From an uncultured Gemmatimonadales bacterium (GTDB lineage: Bacteria; Gemmatimonadota; Gemmatimonadetes; Longimicrobiales; RSA9): DNA of 64,000 nt. How positions within the stretch are numbered: the stretch's first letter is position 1; each line of letters begins with the position of its first letter. The stretch spans positions 1,120,001-1,184,000 of the forward strand of contig CAWCUS010000006.1 in the NCBI GenBank assembly GCA_963798845.1. Direction: 5' to 3'. Positions 19,717 to 29,059 of the stretch are shown piece by piece. The position numbers were made by a program, and so were the translations under genes. The notes under the pieces were generated by a model. That model worked only from the letters and a program-made list of their open reading frames with translations. It ran no database searches and was not told the origin of the DNA.

Positions 19717-20724
19717 GTGAGCGAGCGGCCGGCACACCACGCCCCCGACGGGCGATTCCGCAATCCATGGCCGATGAAGGATCGCGCCGAGGAAGGTGGG
19801 CTGGACGTCCTGAAATGGGGGTGGCAGCGGCTGTGGGCCGAGCTGCCCCCGGACCCCGACCCGGGCCGCATCCCCCGCGCCGACCCGCAGGTGGCGAGGC
19901 CGGAGCTGCCCGCGGACGCCGACGGGCTGCGCGTGACCTGGCTGGGGCAGGCGAGCTTCCTGCTCCAGGGCCCGGGCGCGAACGTGCTCACCGATCCGAT
20001 CCTCAGCCAGCGCGCGTCACCGGTCCCGTGGGCCGGGCCCCGCCGCTTCTCGCCGCCCGGTCTCCGGGTGCAGGACCTCCCCCTGATCCACGCGGTGGTG
20101 ATCTCTCACGACCACTACGACCACCTCGACGCCCGCACGGTCGCCCGGCTGCGCGACCGCCCCGGCGGCGGGGAGACGACGTGGTTCGCTCCGCTCGGCC
20201 ACGCCGCCTGGTTCCGCAAGCACCGGATCCGGCGCGTGGCGGAGCTGGACTGGTGGCAGGAGGCTGCCTTCGAGAGCACTGCCGGCCCGCGCGTCGAGCT
20301 GCGCGCGCTCCCTGCGAGGCACTGGTGCCGGCGTCACTTCTGGGACACGCGCCGGCGCCTCTGGTGTTCCTGGGCCATCTCCATGGGCGGGCGCAGGCTC
20401 TACTTCGCCGGAGACAGCGGCTATTGCCCGGCGTTCGTCGAGATCGGCGGGCGGGAACCTCCCTTCGATGCAGCGCTCCTCCCCATCGGTGCCTACGAGC
20501 CGCGGTGGTTCATGCGCACCGCCCACATGAATCCCGAGGAAGCCGTGCAGGCGAGCCTGGATGTCCGGGCCAGGACCATGGTGGCCATGCACTGGGGCAC
20601 CTTCCGCCTCACCGACGAGGATCCGCTGGAGCCGCCGGTGCGTGCCCGGGCCGCGTGGGACGCCCTGGGCCTGCCCACGGACGCGCTCAGGATCCCTGCC
20701 ATAGGGGAGACGCTGCGGTTCTGA
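19717..20724 (+). CDS. MBL-fold hydrolase (NAPE-PLD/RomA-like)
   Basis: TWLGQAS, TDP, SHDHYDHLD, YFAGDSG, PIGAYEPRWFM..HMNP and HWGTF. Confidence 0.88.
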   Translation: MSERPAHHAPDGRFRNPWPMKDRAEEGGLDVLKWGWQRLWAELPPDPDPGRIPRADPQVARPELPADADGLRVTWLGQASFLLQGPGANVLTDPILSQRASPVPWAGPRRFSPPGLRVQDLPLIHAVVISHDHYDHLDARTVARLRDRPGGGETTWFAPLGHAAWFRKHRIRRVAELDWWQEAAFESTAGPRVELRALPARHWCRRHFWDTRRRLWCSWAISMGGRRLYFAGDSGYCPAFVEIGGREPPFDAALLPIGAYEPRWFMRTAHMNPEEAVQASLDVRARTMVAMHWGTFRLTDEDPLEPPVRARAAWDALGLPTDALRIPAIGETLRF

Positions 20725-20789
20725 CGCGGGCTCGACGTAGGCGCTCGCCGCGCTCGCGCCGCGGTCCCCTGGCCGTGGCGGGGAGGGGG

Positions 20790-22196
20790 CTACCGCCCTG
20801 GCGTCGGGAACGCCACCACGCTCTCGTGCCCCTCCCTATCGACCGCCGCCACGCCGAACAGGTAGTTGTCGATGACCAGCCCGTCCATGACGTGCTGCAT
20901 GGCTTCCTGCTCCCCGTCCCACGGGATGAAGATCCAGTGGGTCCACTGGGGCGCGGTGGTGAGCCGCCAGTAGATCTTGTACCCCGCCAGGTCCGGCGCG
21001 GGATTCACCTTCCAGCTCAGGCGGGCAGCGGGCTCTACCGCGCCCGCGATCCGCACCGTGTCCGGCTGCGGAGGTGCCCAGGCCAGCGACGCCAGCACGG
21101 CCACGTTCACGCCGGTGAGCTTGCGGGCGTAGTCGAAGTCCACGCCCTCGATGACGTCGCCGTAGTGGATGCCGTTCTCCACTCGGACGTCCTGGTGCTG
21201 CCGATTGTAGTTCTCGTGCGTCTCCATGATGCGCACGGCGGGGAAACCCTGGTCGTTGAACGGCTTGTGGTGGCCGCCGCGCCCGAAGCGGTCGAGGCGG
21301 TAGACCATCATCGGCTTCAGCATGGCGGCGAAGTAGTCATCCGCGATGCGGGCGACGTAGCGCGCGAGCTCCCGCGACGGCCCGTCCACCTCGCCGCCGT
21401 AGAAGCGCAGCGCCTGCGTGGTGCGCTCCGTGTCGGTAACCGGGCGAGGCTGGCTGAACACGCGGAAGGACGTGTTGTCGATCACGCCGTCGATCCCCTG
21501 CACGTTCCCGATCATGTCGTTGTTCAGGACCGCGTCCAGCTTCCACCCGGCATCCTTCGCCTTCCTGGCCAGGTCCTGTCCCCCGAACAGCCCCTGCTCC
21601 TCGCCGGAGAGCGCCGCGAAGACGATCGTCCGGTCATAGCGGTGCTTCGTCATCACCCTCGCGGCTTCCAGTGTTCCCGCCAGACCGCTGGCGTTGTCGT
21701 TCGCTCCGGGGCTGTAGGCCGTGTCATTCATCACGTCCGACACCCGCGAGTCAATGTCGCCGCTCATGAGGACGTAGTGGTCGGGCTGGGTCGTTCCCCG
21801 GAGTGTGGCCGATACGCTCACCACCCACGTGTCCTGCTCGATCCGGCTGCGCGGGTCCGCCTTCACCAGGTAGGGCTGGTACTCCACGTCCAGGCACCCG
21901 CCGCACGCCTGGCTGATGCGCTGGAACTCGGCGTGCACCCAGCGCCGCGCGGCGCCAATCCCATGGGTGGAGGAAAGCGTATCCGAAAGAGTGTGGCGTG
22001 TACCGAAATCCACGAGCGTGCGCACGTCCCGCTCCATCCGGGCGGCGGAGACGGAGTCCACCATGGCGCGGATGCGGAGGTCGCGATCGGGCGGCGAAGT
22101 GGGTGATTGCGCGGCGGCGCGGGCGACCGGAACGACAAGCGCGAGGATGAGGGCGTCGGCGAGAGCCGCCGCCGAGCGAAACCCGGGTCGGTGCAT
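20790..22196 (-). CDS. Secreted M28-family metallopeptidase with C-terminal FN3-like domain
   Basis: Signal peptide, FGTRHT, PGANDNASG, GEEQGL, NNDMIG and GRGGHH. Confidence 0.88.
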   Translation of the reverse strand: MHRPGFRSAAALADALILALVVPVARAAAQSPTSPPDRDLRIRAMVDSVSAARMERDVRTLVDFGTRHTLSDTLSSTHGIGAARRWVHAEFQRISQACGGCLDVEYQPYLVKADPRSRIEQDTWVVSVSATLRGTTQPDHYVLMSGDIDSRVSDVMNDTAYSPGANDNASGLAGTLEAARVMTKHRYDRTIVFAALSGEEQGLFGGQDLARKAKDAGWKLDAVLNNDMIGNVQGIDGVIDNTSFRVFSQPRPVTDTERTTQALRFYGGEVDGPSRELARYVARIADDYFAAMLKPMMVYRLDRFGRGGHHKPFNDQGFPAVRIMETHENYNRQHQDVRVENGIHYGDVIEGVDFDYARKLTGVNVAVLASLAWAPPQPDTVRIAGAVEPAARLSWKVNPAPDLAGYKIYWRLTTAPQWTHWIFIPWDGEQEAMQHVMDGLVIDNYLFGVAAVDREGHESVVAFPTPGR

Positions 22197-22319
22197 TTCG
22201 GTATGTCTCCTGTTCAGGCGTGTACCGGGATGGAAAATGGACGCGCCCGGGGTGCGTTTGCAAACGGCCGGGGCAGGAGGCAGGTTCGGATGCAAACGTC
22301 CGCGCGTGAAGAACCATCG

Positions 22320-24152
22320 ATGACAGGGGCAACGCTCGTGATCCGAACCATCACCGCCATCATCCCGGCCACGGTCGCGACGATTCTCATCACGGCCGTG
22401 TCGCTGGCGGCGCAGGACTCGACGGCGGCCGTGCCGCGGTCGCACCCGTTTCAGCAGGGCGTGCGGTACCGCATCGAGGCGTTCGAGGACGACGGGAGCG
22501 ATGTCCTTCGCGGACGGGCGAAGCTCACGTACACGAATCACGCGCCCACGGCGCTCGAGCGGCTGTACTTCCACCAGTACCTGAACGCGTTCCGGCCGAA
22601 CAGCGCGTGGGCGGCGTACGACCTGGAGCACGGGGACCGCGAGTACCAGGACCTGGCCCCGGCGGATCAGGGCTTCGAGCGCCTGTCCGGCTTCACCGTG
22701 GACGGGAAGGCCGTGGCCGCCGTCTATCCGGGGTCGCCGGACTCGACGGTGTTCTACGTCGAGCTTCCGCAGCCGCTGGAGCCCGGAGACAGCCTCGTGG
22801 CGGAGATGGACTGGACGGCGCGGCTGTCGACGCACCCACGGCGCCAGGGGCGCAAGGGGCGACACTACGACTGGGCGCACTGGTATCCCCGGATCGCCGT
22901 CTACGGACCCGGCGGCTGGGAGTACCGGGCGCACATCCGGCCGGGCGAGCTGAACGGCAACTTCGCCACCTACGACGTCACCATGGACCTGCCCGAGGAC
23001 CAGGTGGTGGGCGCCACCGGCCTACCCCTCGAGGGTGACCCGGGGTGGGCGGCCGTGGCCGTGCAGGGATCCGAGCCGCCGCGCTATCTGCGCGATTTCT
23101 ACGACACCGGACCGGCCGACTCTCTCGGGCTGTTGAAGGGGGCCGCGGCGTCCGGCCGCAAGAGGATCCGGTGGCACGCGGAGAAGGTGCACAACTTCGC
23201 CTGGAGCACGTCGCCAGACTACGTCTACATGGGCGGGCGCTGGAACGGCCGGCCGATCAACCTGCTCTGGGAGCCGTCGAACACGCGCTGGGACCCGGAG
23301 CGCACGATGGCCCAGGAGAAAGCGGCGCTGGACTGGATCGTGACGGTCGTGGGTGAGTACCCGTGGCCCCAGATGACGATCACGGATCGCATCGAGCGCG
23401 GCGCCACCGAGTTCGAGATGCTCTTCATGACCAGCGGCGGCGCCATCACGCACGAGACCATGCACATGATCTTCCACGGCGTGCTGGCCAACAACGAGTG
23501 GCGGGAGGGCTGGCTGGACGAGGGCATGGCCAGCTTCCTGTCGGATTGGCTGGCGGTGCGGAACGGTGCCGACCCCGATCGCGTCTGGGGTCGCACCATG
23601 ACCGAGATCGCGCGCCTCGACGCGGCGGGGCGGGGTGAGCCCGTGGGGCTCCCGGGCGCCGAGTTCAGCAGCTACCCGATGTACAGCATGATGACGTACG
23701 AGAAGGGCGCGGCCGTGCTCCGCATGCTCCGCTACGTCCTGGGCGAGGACACGTTCCTGCGTGCCATGCACGAGTACTATGACCGCTTCCGCTTCCGCCA
23801 GGTCACGGGCCAGGACTTCGAGAACGTGATGGAGTCCGTTTCCGGTCGCGACCTGGACTGGTTCTTCGATGAGTGGATCCGGAAGACGGAGCTCCTCGAC
23901 TATGCGGTGGGGGACGTCAGCGTGAGTGGCGGCCCGGGCGCCTACACCGTCACGGCCGAGATCATCCGCGAAGGTGAGGCCTGGATGCCCGTGGTGGTCG
24001 AAGCTGGCGGAAAGCGGGAGCGGGTCGAGTCGTCCGATCGGGTCCAGCACGTGACGTTCCGGCTCGACCGGAAGCCGGACGCCGTGCTGCTCGACCCCGA
24101 CCACGTCCTCCTCGAGAACGATCGCGCGGACGACAGCAAGCCGGTGCGGTAG
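22320..24152 (+). CDS. Secreted M1-family aminopeptidase
   Basis: HExxH-x18-E (HETMH...WLDEG) and YEKGA; signal peptide. Confidence 0.88.
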   Translation: MTGATLVIRTITAIIPATVATILITAVSLAAQDSTAAVPRSHPFQQGVRYRIEAFEDDGSDVLRGRAKLTYTNHAPTALERLYFHQYLNAFRPNSAWAAYDLEHGDREYQDLAPADQGFERLSGFTVDGKAVAAVYPGSPDSTVFYVELPQPLEPGDSLVAEMDWTARLSTHPRRQGRKGRHYDWAHWYPRIAVYGPGGWEYRAHIRPGELNGNFATYDVTMDLPEDQVVGATGLPLEGDPGWAAVAVQGSEPPRYLRDFYDTGPADSLGLLKGAAASGRKRIRWHAEKVHNFAWSTSPDYVYMGGRWNGRPINLLWEPSNTRWDPERTMAQEKAALDWIVTVVGEYPWPQMTITDRIERGATEFEMLFMTSGGAITHETMHMIFHGVLANNEWREGWLDEGMASFLSDWLAVRNGADPDRVWGRTMTEIARLDAAGRGEPVGLPGAEFSSYPMYSMMTYEKGAAVLRMLRYVLGEDTFLRAMHEYYDRFRFRQVTGQDFENVMESVSGRDLDWFFDEWIRKTELLDYAVGDVSVSGGPGAYTVTAEIIREGEAWMPVVVEAGGKRERVESSDRVQHVTFRLDRKPDAVLLDPDHVLLENDRADDSKPVR

Positions 24153-24220
24153 GCATCCGGCCGCGAGATCCGGTCAGGCCTTTCTTGCCGCCTGCCGTCC
24201 GGCTGCGGCATATTGCGTCG

Positions 24221-26131
24221 ATGTCACAGTCCGAATCCGACCGTCGCCCCAACCCGATGGTCAATGTCCTCTTCGGGGTGCTCCTCGCCGGCACGCTCCT
24301 CTACTTCGTGCCGACGCTCGCCCTCGACGGCTCGGCCGTGGCCGCCGTCATCGCGACCATGGTCTGGGTCGGGGGTCTCGCTGCGCTGTGGGTCCTTTAC
24401 CGGCGGGGCGTCCGCGAGGCTGCGGGCGCGAGCCGTCGGGAGCGGAACGCCACGGCGCTGTTCCGTCGGGTCATCGAGGAGGGCGGAGAATCGCACCTCC
24501 TGCTCGGGCTCCGCGGCGAGCTCCTCTTCGCCAGTCCCAATTTCGAGCGACTGGTGGGTGCCAATGTTGCCGCGCTCCAGGAGAACGGGGGCCTGCTCGA
24601 CCTGGTGCGGCGGTCGGATCGTCGCCGGGTCCTGCAGGAGTTCGCCAAGGTGAGGCGACAGCCGGGCGCCAGCGTGGCCCTCGAAGTCGTGGTGGTGCAG
24701 CCGGACGGCGGCGAGCTCACGGTGGATGTCAGGGCGCTGAACCTCTCGGACGATCCCGACGTGGGCGGCGTCCTGGTGACGCTGCGGGAGGTGACGCCGC
24801 GCCGGACGCTGGACAGCGAGATCCAGCACCTGGCCTACTACGACGCCCTCACCGGGCTGGCCAACCGTCGCTTTTTCTTCGAGCACGGCGCCTCCGCGCT
24901 CTCCCTTGCCCGGCGGCAGAACCACGTGGCCGCGGTGCTGTACCTGGACCTCGACCACTTCCGGCAGGTGAACGAAGTCCTGGGTCACGAGGCCGGCGAC
25001 GCGCTGCTCGCGAGCGTCGCCGCGGCGCTGAGCCGAACGCTGAGGGAGACCGACGTCCTGGGCCGCATGGGTGGCGACGAGTTCGCCATCCTGCTCCCGG
25101 ACATCCGCGATGAGGAGGCCGCGGGCCGCGTGGCGCACCGGATCCTGGAAGCTCTCCCGCACAGCACGGTGGCGGAGGGCCACGACGTGCCGGTGTCCGC
25201 CAGCATCGGCGTGGCGCTGTTCCCGGAGGACGCGGCGGGGCTGCAGGAGCTGCTGGAGGCGGCCGACGTCGCCATGTACCGCGCGAAGAGCGCCGGGCTC
25301 GGGATCCAGTTCTATCGCCCGGAGCTCCGGGAGAAGATGGAGCAGGGGCTGCGGCTGGAGAACGACCTGCGCTGGGGCCTGGAGCACCACGAGTTCCAGC
25401 TCCACTATCAGCCCGTGTTCCACATCGGGACGGGCGAGCGGGTCGGGGCGGAAGGGCTCTCCCGCTGGCGACACTTCACCCAGGGGATCGTGGCTGCCGC
25501 CCACTTCATCGGCCTGGCGGAGCGCTCCGGGCTGATCCGCTCTCTCGACCGCTGGGCCATCGCACGTGCCGTGCACCAGCGGAAGAACGAGCCGCAGGAC
25601 CGCTTTCCCGGCTGGGTCGCGGTCAACCTGTCGCCCCAGTCCCTGGGCGACGCCGACCTCCCCGACTACATCCGCGCCACCCTCGAGCACGCCGGGCTCG
25701 ATCCCGGCGCGCTGGTCCTCGAGCTGCCGGACGGCGTCCTCGGTCCGGATCCCGCCGACGCGGCCGACCTGGTGTGGGCGCTCAAGAGCACCGGCGCCGG
25801 CATCGCCCTGGACGACTACGGCGTCTGGTCCACCTCGCTGTCGCAGCTGCGGCGCCTGCCCGTCGACTTCCTGAAGCTGCACCCGGACTTCATTCGCGGG
25901 ATCGGCGTGGACCCGGCCGACGAGCGGGTGGTGGAAGCCACCATTTCCCTGGCTCACGGTCTGGGCGCCCGGGTGGTGGCGAAGGGCGTGGAAACGGAGG
26001 CCCAGCTGAACTGGCTGCGCGGTGTGGGGTGCGACCTGATCCAGGGCCACTTCACGGGCGCGCCCGTGCCCGCCGACCAGCTCCCGTCCGGCCGAGACCG
26101 CCTGGCCGCCGGGAAGCACGCGAGGCAGTAG
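24221..26131 (+). CDS. Membrane-anchored PAS-GGDEF-EAL protein
   Basis: Two TM helices, PAS, YDALTGLANR, intact RMGGDEF, and an EAL domain (YQP, EGL, DDYG) with substitutions. Confidence 0.9.
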   Translation: MSQSESDRRPNPMVNVLFGVLLAGTLLYFVPTLALDGSAVAAVIATMVWVGGLAALWVLYRRGVREAAGASRRERNATALFRRVIEEGGESHLLLGLRGELLFASPNFERLVGANVAALQENGGLLDLVRRSDRRRVLQEFAKVRRQPGASVALEVVVVQPDGGELTVDVRALNLSDDPDVGGVLVTLREVTPRRTLDSEIQHLAYYDALTGLANRRFFFEHGASALSLARRQNHVAAVLYLDLDHFRQVNEVLGHEAGDALLASVAAALSRTLRETDVLGRMGGDEFAILLPDIRDEEAAGRVAHRILEALPHSTVAEGHDVPVSASIGVALFPEDAAGLQELLEAADVAMYRAKSAGLGIQFYRPELREKMEQGLRLENDLRWGLEHHEFQLHYQPVFHIGTGERVGAEGLSRWRHFTQGIVAAAHFIGLAERSGLIRSLDRWAIARAVHQRKNEPQDRFPGWVAVNLSPQSLGDADLPDYIRATLEHAGLDPGALVLELPDGVLGPDPADAADLVWALKSTGAGIALDDYGVWSTSLSQLRRLPVDFLKLHPDFIRGIGVDPADERVVEATISLAHGLGARVVAKGVETEAQLNWLRGVGCDLIQGHFTGAPVPADQLPSGRDRLAAGKHARQ

Positions 26132-26212
26132 AGGCGAGTATGGCGGGAGGGCCGCGGCGCACTCGCGCCGGCGGCCCTCCACGCCGCTCGCTCCGCGCCG
26201 GCCGGAACCCCC

Positions 26213-29059
26213 TCAGTGCCGGTCCCGGAACTCCTGGTACAGCTCGTAGTGCCGGTTGTCTCGGGGGTTCACCTCGTCGCCGGCGATCCACATGCGCTGA
26301 ACGTGGCTGGTGATCTCCAGGATATCACCGTCGGTCAGCACCAGGTCGGCCCGCTTGCCGGGTGCGATGCTCCCGAGCTCGCCGCCCAGCCCGAGGATCT
26401 CGGCCGGTGTCAGCGTGATCGCGCGCAGCGCCACGTCGTGCGGAAGCCCGTACGCCCAGTGCCTTGCCGCGAAGTAGGGCAGGTTGCGCACGGCCTCGAC
26501 GCCGCCGGTCGCGACCGCCACGGGCACGCCCGCGGCGTTCAACACTGCGGCATTCGCCCACGCCGCCGCGTAGGACTCGTCGCGGTCGCGCGTCACGCTG
26601 TTGCCGGTGGTGAGGATGACGGGGATCCGGCGCTCCGCCAGGTCGCTCGCCACGTGGTGGGCCGCCTCGCCACCGAGAACGGCGGCCCGTACGTCCGGGA
26701 ACTTGTCGAGGAAGAGCAGGAGCGTGCGGATGTCGCGCTCCCGCGACGCTTCGAAGAGCACCGGCATTTCGCCCAGCACCACCGGCACGAGCGCGTCGAG
26801 CATGGCCCGATCGCCCCCGTGGACCTGCGCTTCGAACGGCTGGTCGGCCGCATCGCGCGTGGACGGCCGCTGCGCGTACAGCTCCGCGCGCTCGAACAGC
26901 GAGACCAGAGCCTCCAGGTCGTCGCCTTCCAGCTTCGGCGCGTCCCACTCGTTCCCTTCCGGCCGCGGGAACTCCACGATCATGGCCGCGCGATCCAGGA
27001 TCGACAGCTTCGCCGGCGTGTCCCCGTGGAGCTGGATCAGCGACCCGGCGCCTGGAATGATGCTGCCGGACATGTGGGTCAGCGCCGTGGTCACGCCGTT
27101 CGCCCGGGCCACGCCGTACGTGGACGAGTGCGGCTGCATTCCCACCATCGCGCGCAGGTGCGGGTTGAACTTGCCCACTTCCTGCTGGTCCGTCGCGGTG
27201 GGCACAGAGCCGATCGGCTGCAGCCCGAGCTCCGTGTCGAGGTCCACGAGACCGGGGAACAGCTGCTTCCCGGCGACGTCGATCCGCTCCACCCCCGCCG
27301 GCACCTCCACCTCCGCAGCCCCGCCCACGGCCGCGATCCGACCGTCGATCACCACCACGGTGCCGTTCTCGATGGTCTGGCCGTCACCCGTGTGCACGGT
27401 CGCGCCCACCAGCGCGAACGACGGCCCCGTCGTCACCCCGGCTGCCCCGCGCGCCGGGGCGCCCTCGTCGGCCGCCCGGGCGGCGGGATCCGCCGGGCCG
27501 GCCGGGCCGGCGAGCCCGGGCGACGGCTGCCGGCTGGCCGCCGTGTGCAGCGCCTCGTCGTCCGTGAGAGAGCGCGCCGCGGCCCACGGCACGGCGGCGG
27601 CGGCGGCCGCCGTTCGCGTCGGGGGGGCGAGCGTGCGCATCGGGAAGTGCCGGTACTCCGATTCGTGCCCTGCGTCCCAGTAGACCAGGCCGTCCATGAT
27701 CGTCATCTGGACGCGCGTCGAGCTGTCGAACGGGTCGCCGCTGAGCAGGGCGACGTCGCCCTGCTTCCCCTTCTCGAGTGATCCGACCTTGTCCGAGATC
27801 ATGAGCTGCTCGGCCGGATACAGCGTGTACATCCGGAGCGCCTCCTCCTTCGGCACGCCGCCGTACTTCACCGGCTTCTGTATCTCGTAAAGGGCCAGCG
27901 TCTGGAGCTCTTCACTGTCGGAGTTCAGGCTGGTCAGCACCCCGTGGTCCCACAGGATCGCCGCGTTGTACGGGATCGCGTCGATGGCTTCCAGCTTGTA
28001 GTGCCACCAGTCGCTGAACGTCGTGGCGTACGCTCCGTGAGCGGCCAGCTCGTCCGCCACCTTGTAGCCTTCCAGCACGTGCACGAAGCCGTCGATCTTG
28101 AAGCCGAACCGATCCGCGACGTTCATCAGCATCAGGATCTCGTCCGCGCGGTACGCGTGGGCGTGCACGCGGATCTTCCCCGCCATGATCTCCGACAGCG
28201 CTTCCAGCCGGAGATCTCGCCGCGGCGGAACCCGGAACGACTTCGGGTCCCTGCGGTACCGGTCCCACTCCGCCTGGTACGCCTGCGCGGCCTCGAAGGC
28301 CTGGACGTAGATCGCTTCCACGCCCTGGCGCGACCACGGGTAGCGCCGCACGCCCTCGCCGCTCCAGCCCTTGCGCGTCACGTTTTCCCCGAGCGCGAAC
28401 TTCACGAGCTGCGGCGCGCCCTGGACCAGGAACTGCTCCGGGTCCTTCAACCCCCAGCGCGGCTTGATGATCGCGCTCTGGCCACCGATCGGGTTGCAGC
28501 TGCCGTGGACGACGTGCGCCGTGGTCACGCCGCCGGTCAGCGCCCGGAAGATGCCGAAGTCCTCAGGGTCCAGCTGGTCGATCACCCGGACTTCGGGGAC
28601 CACGGGCGAGGTGCACTCGTTGCTCGTGGTCATGGCGATGTGGGAGTGCGGATCCACGAACCCCGGGATCGCCGTGTACCCCCGCCCGTCCAGGACCTTC
28701 ACCCCCTGCGGCGCCGCGAGCCTCTGACCGATGTCGCGGATCACGCCATCGCGGATCAGGATGTCCGCGTGCGTCAGGATGGTGCCCGCGGCCGTCCAGA
28801 TGCTGTCGATGTCCTGGATCAGGAGCGATCCGCGGGGCACGGACACCGCGCCCGGCTCCATCTGCACCTTGTAGTCCGGGTGCGTGAGGACCGTGGGCGT
28901 GGCCGCTACCGCGGCCACCTGCGACGGCGCCTCCATGCCGGGTGTGGCCGCCCCCTGCGCCGACACCGCCGATGCCCAGGCCATGGCAGCGATCGCGACG
29001 GGCAGCACGCATGCCGTGCGGTTCATCGACCGCCGCCTCGCCCGAATCGAGCTTCTCAT
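26213..29059 (-). CDS. Secreted tandem double amidohydrolase-domain protein
   Basis: Domain 1: PGFVDPHSH, HAYRADE, NSD, GSLEKGKQGD. Domain 2: PGLVDLDT, GSIAPGKRAD. ATGA overlap with the upstream gene. Confidence 0.85.
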   Translation of the reverse strand: MRSSIRARRRSMNRTACVLPVAIAAMAWASAVSAQGAATPGMEAPSQVAAVAATPTVLTHPDYKVQMEPGAVSVPRGSLLIQDIDSIWTAAGTILTHADILIRDGVIRDIGQRLAAPQGVKVLDGRGYTAIPGFVDPHSHIAMTTSNECTSPVVPEVRVIDQLDPEDFGIFRALTGGVTTAHVVHGSCNPIGGQSAIIKPRWGLKDPEQFLVQGAPQLVKFALGENVTRKGWSGEGVRRYPWSRQGVEAIYVQAFEAAQAYQAEWDRYRRDPKSFRVPPRRDLRLEALSEIMAGKIRVHAHAYRADEILMLMNVADRFGFKIDGFVHVLEGYKVADELAAHGAYATTFSDWWHYKLEAIDAIPYNAAILWDHGVLTSLNSDSEELQTLALYEIQKPVKYGGVPKEEALRMYTLYPAEQLMISDKVGSLEKGKQGDVALLSGDPFDSSTRVQMTIMDGLVYWDAGHESEYRHFPMRTLAPPTRTAAAAAAVPWAAARSLTDDEALHTAASRQPSPGLAGPAGPADPAARAADEGAPARGAAGVTTGPSFALVGATVHTGDGQTIENGTVVVIDGRIAAVGGAAEVEVPAGVERIDVAGKQLFPGLVDLDTELGLQPIGSVPTATDQQEVGKFNPHLRAMVGMQPHSSTYGVARANGVTTALTHMSGSIIPGAGSLIQLHGDTPAKLSILDRAAMIVEFPRPEGNEWDAPKLEGDDLEALVSLFERAELYAQRPSTRDAADQPFEAQVHGGDRAMLDALVPVVLGEMPVLFEASRERDIRTLLLFLDKFPDVRAAVLGGEAAHHVASDLAERRIPVILTTGNSVTRDRDESYAAAWANAAVLNAAGVPVAVATGGVEAVRNLPYFAARHWAYGLPHDVALRAITLTPAEILGLGGELGSIAPGKRADLVLTDGDILEITSHVQRMWIAGDEVNPRDNRHYELYQEFRDRH

